Shown here: piece after piece, positions 38,785 to 47,359 of the stretch
Position numbering within the stretch: position 1 is the first letter of the stretch
Layout: each line of letters starts with the position of its first letter
Virus record (IMG/VR): IMGVR_UViG_3300025121_000776
Span: 32,001-96,000 of that record
Length of the DNA stretch: 64,000 bases
DNA from: a virus
Reading direction: 5' to 3' (one strand)
Made by a program: the position numbers and the translations under genes
Notes under the pieces: model-generated
Seen by the model: the letters and a program-made list of their open reading frames with translations, nothing else
The model's database searches: none
What the model was told of the DNA's origin: nothing

Positions 38785-40737
38785 ATGGCAAAAAGGGAAA
38801 AAATAAAAAAAGAAGCAGAAGCTCAAGCAACTGATTATGTTAAAATAAGAAAACTAAGAGTAAATTTCGAATTAAGATACAATTACTCGAAAATACTTAC
38901 GGAATATATTAAGCGATTGCCCAAAGAACATAGAGCCGTTAGAAAAGATAGCGTCATTGGAATGGATGGATTACCTAAAGATGACTGGGTAAGAACTATT
39001 AGTGAAGTTAAAATGGGCGAAATTTTATCTTTTCTGATTGATAATAAAATAAGATTCGTTTTCGAAAATATTACTCCAGACGTATTAGAAAGACTCAGAA
39101 ATGAATATATAGAAAGGCAAAGAAAAATTGCGGAAATCTTAAGGTTAAAAGCTGAACAACTCGATGTCTCTGGAGAAGACTATTCCTTCATGAAAATAGA
39201 ACCTTATGAATATCAAAAAAAGGCTATAAAATTTTTCGAAATTAACGATGGAATTTCTATATTAGGGGACCAGCCTGGTGTTGGAAAAAGTTGTCCTGCA
39301 ATGAGTTACGCAGTAAAATACAAATTTAAAACCTTGATTGTTTGTCCTGCCACTTTAAAGCATATGTGGAGAAATGAAATTATAAAATTCACAAATGAAA
39401 AAGCATTCATTTATAAATTTAAACCAAAAAAGAAAAGTAAAACTATCGCATTTACAAAAGAAGAATCGCTTTTTCACATCACAAACTATGATTCGATAGA
39501 AACTTACATTAAACTTGAATATCGCCATAAATGTAGTGGAAACATACTTCAAGCCAAAGGGGGAATGGGAAAGTGCGCTTGGGAACAAACAGACTTGATA
39601 AAAAATTATAAAAAATGTCCTATTTGTGAAAATACAGGCTCAGTTAAATCAAGAATTACAGGGGTTGTATATTTTGATGACAAATTTGACCACGAAATAA
39701 ATCCAGAAGATTATGATTTAATCATCATTGATGAATGTCATAGAATGAAGGAAATGAAAACAACGTGGACAAAGATAATTCATAAAGCATTTGCGAAAAT
39801 TCCAAAAAAAATATTGTTATCTGGAACTGTAATTAAAAGTAGACCCTTTGAATTTTTTTCAACTTTAAGTTTTATAGACCCAGAAGAATGGAAAAACTCT
39901 CACGAATTCGGAGTCCGCTACTGCGCAGGATTTCAAGATAATTTCGGCTGGGATTACGGCGGAGCATCAAATCTTGAAGAATTGTTTACCAGAGTTTCTC
40001 GTTATTTTTTAAGAAGACTGAAAAAAGATGTTTTAACAGAACTTCCTCCTAAAACATATCTTGATATTCCAATTGAACTTGACGACAAAGAATATTCCGA
40101 ATATCTGAAATTAGAAAATGATATAAAAAAAGAGATTGTTGATGGAAAGGAAATTGAGAAAAAGGATTCTTATTTAGCTAAAATACACAAACTTAAAATG
40201 TTTACTGGAAGGATTAAAGTTCAACGAGTAAAAGAAATGATTCAAGATATTGTTGATAGCGGAGAAAAAGTCGTTGTTGTTTCTGATTATATTGAAATGG
40301 CCGAAGAAATTGCCAAAGAATTTGGGGATGCAGCAGTTTTACACACTGGAAATATGAATGACGTAGAAAAGCAAGAGTCGGTTGATAAATTTCAAGAGAT
40401 TGCTGGCATAAAAGTATTTGCTGGGATGATTATAGCTTCGGGGGTTGGTATTACTTTGACCGCAGCTAGTAAATTAATAGTAATAGGATTTCCTTGGACA
40501 CCAGGGGAATTAGAACAAATACACGATAGGATTCACAGAGCTGGTGCTACATCAGATAATATAGAAATATTAACGCTAATATGTCGAGACACCATTGATG
40601 AAGATATTGTAGATTTATTAAATGATAAATCATTCATAATTTCAAAAACATTAGATAATGTAGAGTTCAAAAGAGAAAGTAAAATAGTAGAGGAAAGCAT
40701 TTTTAAAGAATTGCTTAAAAGAATAAAAGGAAAATAG
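38785..40737 (+). CDS. SNF2-family (SMARCAL1/HARP-like) helicase/annealase
   Basis: PYEYQ Q-motif, GDQPGVGKS, VCPATLK..W..EI.KF, IIDECH, LLSGT, RRLKKDVL.ELPPK, SGVGITLT, Q..DRIHR.G. Confidence 0.9.
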   Translation: MAKREKIKKEAEAQATDYVKIRKLRVNFELRYNYSKILTEYIKRLPKEHRAVRKDSVIGMDGLPKDDWVRTISEVKMGEILSFLIDNKIRFVFENITPDVLERLRNEYIERQRKIAEILRLKAEQLDVSGEDYSFMKIEPYEYQKKAIKFFEINDGISILGDQPGVGKSCPAMSYAVKYKFKTLIVCPATLKHMWRNEIIKFTNEKAFIYKFKPKKKSKTIAFTKEESLFHITNYDSIETYIKLEYRHKCSGNILQAKGGMGKCAWEQTDLIKNYKKCPICENTGSVKSRITGVVYFDDKFDHEINPEDYDLIIIDECHRMKEMKTTWTKIIHKAFAKIPKKILLSGTVIKSRPFEFFSTLSFIDPEEWKNSHEFGVRYCAGFQDNFGWDYGGASNLEELFTRVSRYFLRRLKKDVLTELPPKTYLDIPIELDDKEYSEYLKLENDIKKEIVDGKEIEKKDSYLAKIHKLKMFTGRIKVQRVKEMIQDIVDSGEKVVVVSDYIEMAEEIAKEFGDAAVLHTGNMNDVEKQESVDKFQEIAGIKVFAGMIIASGVGITLTAASKLIVIGFPWTPGELEQIHDRIHRAGATSDNIEILTLICRDTIDEDIVDLLNDKSFIISKTLDNVEFKRESKIVEESIFKELLKRIKGK

Positions 40738-40924
40738 TATGACATAACTTCATTAGATTAATGGTAAAATATTTGTTTATAATAGAAATACGACTATTTT
40801 TATGAGATGAAACGGCTTTAATATTTTTAAATTTATTAAATTATACGAAAAATATATAAAAAAGTTGCAGTTATTCATAATATCGTTTTTTTTTAATATT
40901 TATAGAAAATAAAAATCTATTGCT

Positions 40925-41482
40925 ATGAAAATTAAAAAATCTTTAGTAGAACAAATAATTAAAGAAGAGGCTATAAAAATTAAAAAGCTTATTGTCCTTA
41001 AAGAAGAAAAAGAAAATATTCTTAAACAACTTAATGAGTTGTATGAAGAAAATCTTAGTGAAGAGACGCTTGACGAGTGGAATCCATTTGCAAAAGCAGA
41101 CCCAGCAGCAGTTGCGGTACAAGCTCAACCTTTAATAGATGCCTTAAAAAGTCAAACTGCAAAATCTTTTTTTACTCAACTACTTAAAGTGGACCCAAGT
41201 TCAGTTGTAAATCTTATAAAAATTTTTAAAGAAAGAGTTGCATCTAGTCAAGCAAAATTAGCAAAACTTCAAGAAGCTATGCAAGTTAGTTTTGAAAGAG
41301 CTCTTGCTTATATGAAAGCAGTGGCAGCAGCTCCAATAACTACAAATCTTCAATGGGATGAAACAAAACAAAAATATACCGATTTAGCACCCGCTCTTGG
41401 AAATGCAGCTGGAGCTGTAGGTGGTTATTCACAAACTAAGATAACTCCACCACAAGCTAATCCAACCCCACCACAAGCTTAA
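40925..41482 (+). CDS. candidate head-associated/internal protein
   Basis: MKIKKSLVEQIIKEE start with several L/I-x-E sites; late motif at 40896-40904. Confidence 0.45.
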   Translation: MKIKKSLVEQIIKEEAIKIKKLIVLKEEKENILKQLNELYEENLSEETLDEWNPFAKADPAAVAVQAQPLIDALKSQTAKSFFTQLLKVDPSSVVNLIKIFKERVASSQAKLAKLQEAMQVSFERALAYMKAVAAAPITTNLQWDETKQKYTDLAPALGNAAGAVGGYSQTKITPPQANPTPPQA

Positions 41483-41490
41483 TTAAAACA

Positions 41491-41519
41491 AAAAAAGAAG
41501 GAAATGTCCTTCTTTTTTT
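41491..41519. terminator. bidirectional intrinsic terminator
   Basis: AAAAAAGAAGGA-AATG-TCCTTCTTTTTT between convergent genes. Confidence 0.75.
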
Positions 41520-41534
41520 GTTTTATATTGTCAG

Positions 41535-41951
41535 TTATTCTTCAGAACAAATTTTTAGACATTTGTCAATATTTTCTAAAAATTCTTTTTCACTTCCTTT
41601 TTCTGAAAATATTGTGATATACCCAGCATACATAATATTGTAAACATGTTTTTGTAAAGAAAAGGTTGCGTAAAATTTCATTATTAATACGGCACTTACA
41701 GTTGTTATTAAAGCTATTGTGGCAACTAATGTTATTCCAATAAAATTATCAATTCCAAACTTTGAAAAAGAAAAAATTGCTAGCGTTACAAATAGAGATG
41801 TTACACATATTGAGTGGCGTAAATTACTTGTAGCCTTTTTTAGTTTTTTTGAAGCTTCGCATAATGCATTAAAAACATTTCTTTTGTCACTTGCGAATTC
41901 TACTGCATTAACATCTTTTCCAAAAGTCAAATTGCCTGTAATCTGTTCCAT
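41535..41951 (-). CDS. membrane protein with two transmembrane helices
   Basis: Hydrophobic stretches ICVTSLFVTLAIFSF and FIGITLVATIALITTVSAVLIM. Confidence 0.6.
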   Translation of the reverse strand: MEQITGNLTFGKDVNAVEFASDKRNVFNALCEASKKLKKATSNLRHSICVTSLFVTLAIFSFSKFGIDNFIGITLVATIALITTVSAVLIMKFYATFSLQKHVYNIMYAGYITIFSEKGSEKEFLENIDKCLKICSEE

Positions 41952-42102
41952 AACTTTTTTGTTTAATTTGTTTCTATATAAGTATACGAGAAAATTCTAT
42001 AAAAGTTACAGAATTATTAAATTTTATTTTGTAATGTCATTTTTTTTTATGTAGGAATAAAATATTAATAAAAAATACATATTTATAAAGAAAATAATTT
42101 AT

Positions 42103-43002
42103 ATGGTAAAATTTGGAGATAGGGGAGCGGAAGTTTCGGAAGTACAAAAGCTGTTATCATTATTAGGTTATGATTTAATAGTTGATAATACTTTTGGAAA
42201 TAAAACTCTTAGGTCGATTAAAGCCTTTCAAAAAAAATACGGACTACTTCAAGATGGAGTTGTTGGAGATAAAACTTTAACAGCATTAAAAGCTGCACAA
42301 AAAAGAACCGCAAAAGAAGATGTTGTTTCAGTGACTCCTGTAGATTATGGCGACTTAGAAATAAGCACTGAATATATAATGCCCGATAATCAATATATAA
42401 AACAAGTTACACCTAAAAGTCAAATTTTCATCCACTTTACAGCAGGTGGTCCAAGTGCAAAAAACACAATTAACTATTGGGAAGGAGATGAAACAAGAGT
42501 CGCAACATCATTTGTAGTAGACGGTAATTCTGGAATAGCATATGAAGCTTATAATCCAGATTATTGGGGGTTTCATTTGGGAATTAAAGGAACAAATGGA
42601 AAACTTGATAAAGCCTCTGTTGGCATAGAGATATGTGCTTATGGCCCTTTGATTAAAAAAGGAGATGAATATTTTGCTTGGCCAAACAACTACACGACAA
42701 AAGTTTCCTCAGAGAATGTTTATACATTAGATGTGCCATTTAGGGGATATAAATATTATTATAAATATACCGACAAACAACTTGAAAATTTGGAACATCT
42801 TTTATTGTTTTTAGTTAAAAAATACAACATAAAAGTTCAAGACAATTTTAACGCATCATGGTTGGACTACAATCAAGAGCTTATTGATAAATGTTTGCCT
42901 GGAATATGGTCTCACACAAATGTAAGAAAAGATAAATTTGATTCATATCCAGACGAGAGATTGTTTGAAATACTTAATAAAATTTCTAAAGAAGTAAATT
43001 AA
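42103..43002 (+). CDS. endolysin: peptidoglycan-binding domain + N-acetylmuramoyl-L-alanine amidase (Amidase_2)
   Basis: N-terminal GDRGAEV..VQKLL...FG.KT...IKAFQ...DGVVG.KT; IHFTAG, SVGIEIC, IWSH..VR.DK.D amidase motifs. Confidence 0.9.
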   Translation: MVKFGDRGAEVSEVQKLLSLLGYDLIVDNTFGNKTLRSIKAFQKKYGLLQDGVVGDKTLTALKAAQKRTAKEDVVSVTPVDYGDLEISTEYIMPDNQYIKQVTPKSQIFIHFTAGGPSAKNTINYWEGDETRVATSFVVDGNSGIAYEAYNPDYWGFHLGIKGTNGKLDKASVGIEICAYGPLIKKGDEYFAWPNNYTTKVSSENVYTLDVPFRGYKYYYKYTDKQLENLEHLLLFLVKKYNIKVQDNFNASWLDYNQELIDKCLPGIWSHTNVRKDKFDSYPDERLFEILNKISKEVN

Positions 43003-43003
43003 A

Positions 43004-43297
43004 ATGACAAGAGAAGATGAAATAAAAGTTCGAGAAATGATAAAAAGCGCCCTCGACAAAGAAATAAAAAAAGAACGTGAAGACGCTGAAAGAAATCTAT
43101 CTAAACTTTTTAAAGATAGTGAAAAAGCTCAGAAGGATGAATTTTTATCATCTCTCAAAAAAGAACTCAATTCAATAGATAAAAAATTCTTAACCAAACA
43201 GGAAATAAAAGACTTATTATCTAAAGCATTTATGAAACAGCATAAGTTTATGTGGGAAAAATCAAAATTTATAACGACATATTTTAACGATTTATAA
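43004..43297 (+). CDS. hypothetical helical protein
   Basis: 97 aa, VREMIKS..DKEIKKE N-terminus. Confidence 0.55.
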   Translation: MTREDEIKVREMIKSALDKEIKKEREDAERNLSKLFKDSEKAQKDEFLSSLKKELNSIDKKFLTKQEIKDLLSKAFMKQHKFMWEKSKFITTYFNDL

Positions 43298-43299
43298 TT

Positions 43300-43983
43300 A
43301 TGGATGAAAATACAAGAAAAAAAGTAATAGAAATAATCAGAGAAACTATAGATGAAGTAGTTTATGATGAAATGAGACAAATGCCAAAGAAATTGCAGGC
43401 AAAACAAGAAGAAATGAGTAAAACTAAAGCTCAAAGGGCTCAAGATGCTCATGATGCATTATTTGGAAAAAAAGAGGAAGAACATAATTATAAATTGCAA
43501 CTTCATGAAAACGAAGAAAAACCTAAAGTCTTAGCAAATGAACTTAGTCAATTTGAAAAAGAGTTTAAAAGCCATTTTCCAGGAATTTCATTTGATAAAC
43601 AAAGTGGTAATGGGCAAATAGTTGATTTTCCAATAAAAGATGGAAAAACAGATGCTATAACATCTGGAACAATAACAGTTGGACAAGATAAAATCGGATT
43701 TTCAATGTCTTTAACAAATGGGCTTAAAATTGAAAGCGTTGCCGATAATGGAATGCCAAAAGAATTTGAAATAAATAAAGATACAAAAGATGTATTTGGT
43801 AAATTATTAAATTTGTACGAAGAGGTATTCAAGAAAAAATTTAATGAAATTATAAATCCGCAAGAAGAAGGTGGAACTGGAGAAGAAGCAGGTGAAACAA
43901 TGACAGCAGCATCTGTTGCACATCCAGCTATGCCAGGAACACCTCCAGCAGGAACGCCTCCAGCAGGAACGCCTCCAGTATAA
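43300..43983 (+). CDS. candidate head-associated protein with Pro-rich tail
   Basis: VIEIIRETIDE N-terminus; GTPPA repeats at the C-terminus. Confidence 0.5.
   Translation: MDENTRKKVIEIIRETIDEVVYDEMRQMPKKLQAKQEEMSKTKAQRAQDAHDALFGKKEEEHNYKLQLHENEEKPKVLANELSQFEKEFKSHFPGISFDKQSGNGQIVDFPIKDGKTDAITSGTITVGQDKIGFSMSLTNGLKIESVADNGMPKEFEINKDTKDVFGKLLNLYEEVFKKKFNEIINPQEEGGTGEEAGETMTAASVAHPAMPGTPPAGTPPAGTPPV
43936..43980 (+). repeat. 3 x 15-nt tandem repeat encoding GTPPA/GTPPV
   Basis: GGAACACCTCCAGCA GGAACGCCTCCAGCA GGAACGCCTCCAGTA. Confidence 0.9.
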
Positions 43984-44040
43984 TACAAATTTAAAAATAA
44001 CTATTTAATTTTTCTTTTTTAAGGTTTATATTTTTGTTAT

Positions 44041-44331
44041 ATGCACTCAATTCAACAAATAATAGAAAATCAAACTAAGTTTAAAGAAGATATACTTTCT
44101 TTTTTTTCGAAAGAAAATGCCGAAGCAAAAAAAATGCTTAATGACATAAAATCGGAAGATGAATTTATTATTAAAGAAAAAAACAAATTAAAAAACAGAT
44201 TCAAAAAAATCAAAGAAGAGAATCATTTTAATCGTTTGTTTTTTTTACATTCTAATAGAAATACAAGTATATATGTTTGGTGGGATGAAAACGAAAAAGA
44301 AGCTAAAATTTTAAAATATGACAAAAGATAG
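44041..44331 (+). CDS. hypothetical protein
   Basis: 96-aa ORF. Confidence 0.5.
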   Translation: MHSIQQIIENQTKFKEDILSFFSKENAEAKKMLNDIKSEDEFIIKEKNKLKNRFKKIKEENHFNRLFFLHSNRNTSIYVWWDENEKEAKILKYDKR

Positions 44332-44647
44332 AAAAAACACTCAAGTTTATTTAATTGATATTAAATATAAGTTTCCAATGAATTGTTTTGAGGAATATTA
44401 TGGGGATAGCGTTAGTTATTCTTATATAGAACAAGAAAGCTATATAGATTTAAAAAAAATGATTTCAGAACTTATTTGCGATAAAATTAAATTTAGAAAG
44501 CATGAAAGAAATAAAATGGTTTTAACACTCAAAGTTGAAATGTTAGAAGATGAATTAGAAAAATTAAGATATTTATTAAAAGAAAATAAACTTAAGTTTC
44601 TTCACGATTATGAAATAAGTGATATAAAAAATTTTAAAAAAGAATAG
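44318..44647 (+). CDS. hypothetical protein
   Basis: 109-aa ORF overlapping the upstream stop. Confidence 0.5.
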   Translation: MTKDRKNTQVYLIDIKYKFPMNCFEEYYGDSVSYSYIEQESYIDLKKMISELICDKIKFRKHERNKMVLTLKVEMLEDELEKLRYLLKENKLKFLHDYEISDIKNFKKE

Positions 44648-44649
44648 TT

Positions 44650-45729
44650 ATGGAACAGTCACAATTAACGCCAGCTCAAATAGAAGTGATAAGACAACAA
44701 AGAACACAGCGTTTTAAAAGCATGGGTTTACCAGCCACAGCTGGTCAGCTTGCAGATATGCCAATTGAAAACATGCCAACTCAAAGAGTTGCTGTAGCAC
44801 CAACACCTGTTGTCGAAGAACAAGTTCGCCCACAGCAATATGTTCAATCAAAATATGCTCAACAACAAGTTCAACAACCACAATATGCTCAGCAGGAACA
44901 AAAAGTTGCAGGCATAGAAATGGAAAATGGGGCTAATATTGCCCAACAAATACAAATTCAATTAGCAGAAGAAAAACAACAAAGTCAAGCCGCTATGTAC
45001 ACTGCTCCAAGAGATAGATATAGTGCATTGGAAGCAATTAAGAGGGGGGCAAAAAAACAAGAGATTGGCGTTTTTATTAAAGCAGAAACAAAAGGAGTAA
45101 AAGGAGAACAGTTGCCAGAACCTAAAGTTGGAAAAAGAAAGCCAGTAAGACCTGGGCAACCACAAGAAAAGCCAAAGGTGTCAATAGCATTAGAGGGGAC
45201 AAGGGCCTCAAGAAATGCAGAGGCAGACGCACTTGAAAATATGTTTACAGACAAAGCTTCTGGAATCAGCATGCGCTCAACTTCTGGAGTGCCACAAGGC
45301 AATTTAATTACTGAAGATTATTCAAGTATAGGACCCACTTTTGACCCAGTAGCTCACTTAAAAAAGAAAGCCGCAGATAAAGGCGTAATGTTAGATTTGC
45401 CGTCACAAAGACAACAGCCACAGCAAAATCAAGTATTTCAACAAGCAAGTAATAATGATTTTATGTTAAATCAAATGATGCTGATGATGGAGACAATGAT
45501 GAAAAACAACCAAAAAAGTGGTAGTTATGATTTAGAGTCTTTGAAACCGATGATAGAAGCTACAGCAAAAAAAGTTGCTGAAGATACAATAAGAAGAGTT
45601 TTAAAAGAGTATGCTGACAATCAAAAGAAAAAAAATGTTTATGAAGTCGTAAATCAAGAAAAAAAAGTCGTAAGAATAGGGGATAAACTTTACAAACTAA
45701 CTCCAGTGACAATTAAATCTCAACTGTGA
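44650..45729 (+). CDS. Gln/Pro-rich, largely disordered hypothetical protein
   Basis: 359 aa with QQYVQ/QQQVQQPQ tracts and a short C-terminal beta-domain (RIGDKLYKL). Confidence 0.6.
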   Translation: MEQSQLTPAQIEVIRQQRTQRFKSMGLPATAGQLADMPIENMPTQRVAVAPTPVVEEQVRPQQYVQSKYAQQQVQQPQYAQQEQKVAGIEMENGANIAQQIQIQLAEEKQQSQAAMYTAPRDRYSALEAIKRGAKKQEIGVFIKAETKGVKGEQLPEPKVGKRKPVRPGQPQEKPKVSIALEGTRASRNAEADALENMFTDKASGISMRSTSGVPQGNLITEDYSSIGPTFDPVAHLKKKAADKGVMLDLPSQRQQPQQNQVFQQASNNDFMLNQMMLMMETMMKNNQKSGSYDLESLKPMIEATAKKVAEDTIRRVLKEYADNQKKKNVYEVVNQEKKVVRIGDKLYKLTPVTIKSQL

Positions 45730-45788
45730 ACAAATAATTAGCAAAGCCAATTAAATTTCCACGTTGCAAGCACAACCTATTGGTTCAC
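45726..45788 (-). ncRNA. candidate small structured RNA (three-way junction)
   Basis: Three compatible stems on the minus strand, starting about 7 nt downstream of an ATATTTATA motif (45796-45804), with no ORF; speculative. Confidence 0.3.
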
Positions 45789-45884
45789 TTTTAATTATAA
45801 ATATGCAAAAAATTTATAAAATCGAATTTATTTGTAACTATTTTAAAAAAATTTTGTATAATTGTAAAAACAACAGCAATTCAT

Positions 45885-45916
45885 CCAAGTCACACTTCGT
45901 TATGACTTGGTTTTTT
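45885..45916 (+). terminator. intrinsic terminator
   Basis: CCAAGTCA-N10-TGACTTGG followed by a T-run. Confidence 0.7.
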
Positions 45917-45926
45917 GCTGAAAATC

Positions 45927-46439
45927 TTACAAATCATCAATAGAAAAGTTATTTGTAAAAATAACTTTTAATGTAGGTGTAAATTTAACCTCTCCAGCAT
46001 ACCATTCTTTAAGAAATTGTTGGGGAGTTTTCTTTAATTCTACCACTCCTCTTTGGGCGACAACTCCATATATTTGACCATTCCTGCATAATCTAATCAA
46101 ATTACTTTGACTATATATTGAATTAACAAATACAACCCATTTGTTTTTTATTGCACTTTCTATATGTTGTGTAGTGTGACAAGATTTACACAAAGTTACT
46201 CCCTTTGTTAATTCTGGTTGAGTTTTATTAACCTCATATATGTGAAAAAATAAACAATCTTTTTTTCTGTGGTCTGGAGGAGTGTGTCCGCACCCAGAGC
46301 AACGACCTTTATCTATTGCAAAAGCCTCGCCGCTTAATTTATCAAACAATTCTTGCCCATAATCTTTAATAAATGCCTTTTCTGGATAATTGTTTGACAC
46401 AGATAAGGCAAACTGTCTTACTAATTCTTCTTCTCTCAT
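45927..46439 (-). CDS. HNH-fold Zn-binding protein (IcmJ/DotN-like), probably nuclease-dead
   Basis: CSGCG...FHI...TLCKSCHTTQH; lacks the canonical HH and N residues. Confidence 0.45.
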   Translation of the reverse strand: MREEELVRQFALSVSNNYPEKAFIKDYGQELFDKLSGEAFAIDKGRCSGCGHTPPDHRKKDCLFFHIYEVNKTQPELTKGVTLCKSCHTTQHIESAIKNKWVVFVNSIYSQSNLIRLCRNGQIYGVVAQRGVVELKKTPQQFLKEWYAGEVKFTPTLKVIFTNNFSIDDL

Positions 46440-46549
46440 AAGGCAAATATATAACTTTTTTTTTACATTTTGAATAATTTTTAAAAAAAGTTTATTGGTT
46501 TTTTGATTTTTATCTTTTATTGTATATTTATATAAAAAATTAATTAATT

Positions 46550-47275
46550 ATGAGTACTATTAAATTCAAAACCAAAGAAGAGTTTGCAAATTATATTAAA
46601 ACACAAGCAAACGAAATTCTTCAAGAAGAAAAAAAAATTGAAAATCTTGGTAACCCTATTGATTTGAAAATGAACAAGAACGATGGCTCAAAAGATTCAA
46701 CTGGAGCACAAGTTGACACAAAAGGGAAAATGAAAACTGCGGCTCCAACTAATATTCCAAAAGAATTTAAAACTACAGAAGACCCAACTGAAGTAAAAAT
46801 GGAAGAAAGAGCTGAGGGTTGGGATGAAAAAATTGCTACGGCAGCAAAAATAGAAGGAACAAAGTCAGAAAAATCTGGAACTGAAACAAATCCATTTGTT
46901 CAAGGACAACCAAAAGCAAAAGTTGACAGTAAAACTACTCAGCCAAATGTTTCCATAGAAGCTGACCCAACAAAAGAAGGTGGAATTCCTGGAAAAAAAG
47001 ACAATTCTGCAGAAATGAACAAAGAAGACAAAGAAGATAAATCCGAAAATCCAATGACGCAAGTGTTGGGAAAAGGTGAGATATCTAAAGATGGTTTCTC
47101 AAAAGGGCAAACAGGAAAAGAAGTTAACAAAGAAGCAAAAAACGAAAAAGATGAATATGAACAAAAACTTAGAGATTCTATTAAAACCATTCAACTACCA
47201 GAAGGATTTAAAAACAAAAAAGAAATGTTAGAATTTATAAGAAAAGAAGCAATTAAATTAACAAAAATTATCTAA
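46550..47275 (+). CDS. candidate prohead core/scaffold-like protein
   Basis: Highly charged, disordered, with helical N- and C-termini (EFANYIK...; EMLEFIRKEA); late motif at 46524-46532. Confidence 0.4.
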   Translation: MSTIKFKTKEEFANYIKTQANEILQEEKKIENLGNPIDLKMNKNDGSKDSTGAQVDTKGKMKTAAPTNIPKEFKTTEDPTEVKMEERAEGWDEKIATAAKIEGTKSEKSGTETNPFVQGQPKAKVDSKTTQPNVSIEADPTKEGGIPGKKDNSAEMNKEDKEDKSENPMTQVLGKGEISKDGFSKGQTGKEVNKEAKNEKDEYEQKLRDSIKTIQLPEGFKNKKEMLEFIRKEAIKLTKII

Positions 47276-47295
47276 TACAATATAAATTTTATTTT

Positions 47296-47329
47296 AAAAG
47301 TCAAGGCAAAAAGTCTTGACTTTTTTTTT
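47296..47329 (+). terminator. intrinsic terminator
   Basis: AAAAGTCAAG-N9-CTTGACTTTT followed by a T-run. Confidence 0.8.
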
Positions 47330-47359
47330 GTTTTTGTTATATTTAGACAAAAACATCAT

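Noticed and set aside
39270-39310. Intein at the helicase Walker A (GVGK|SC)
   Set aside because: The sequence continues directly into normal SNF2 motifs, with no intein blocks or HN terminus
45726-45788. Hammerhead ribozyme
   Set aside because: Three stems are present, but the conserved CUGANGA and GAAA core junctions are not in the required positions
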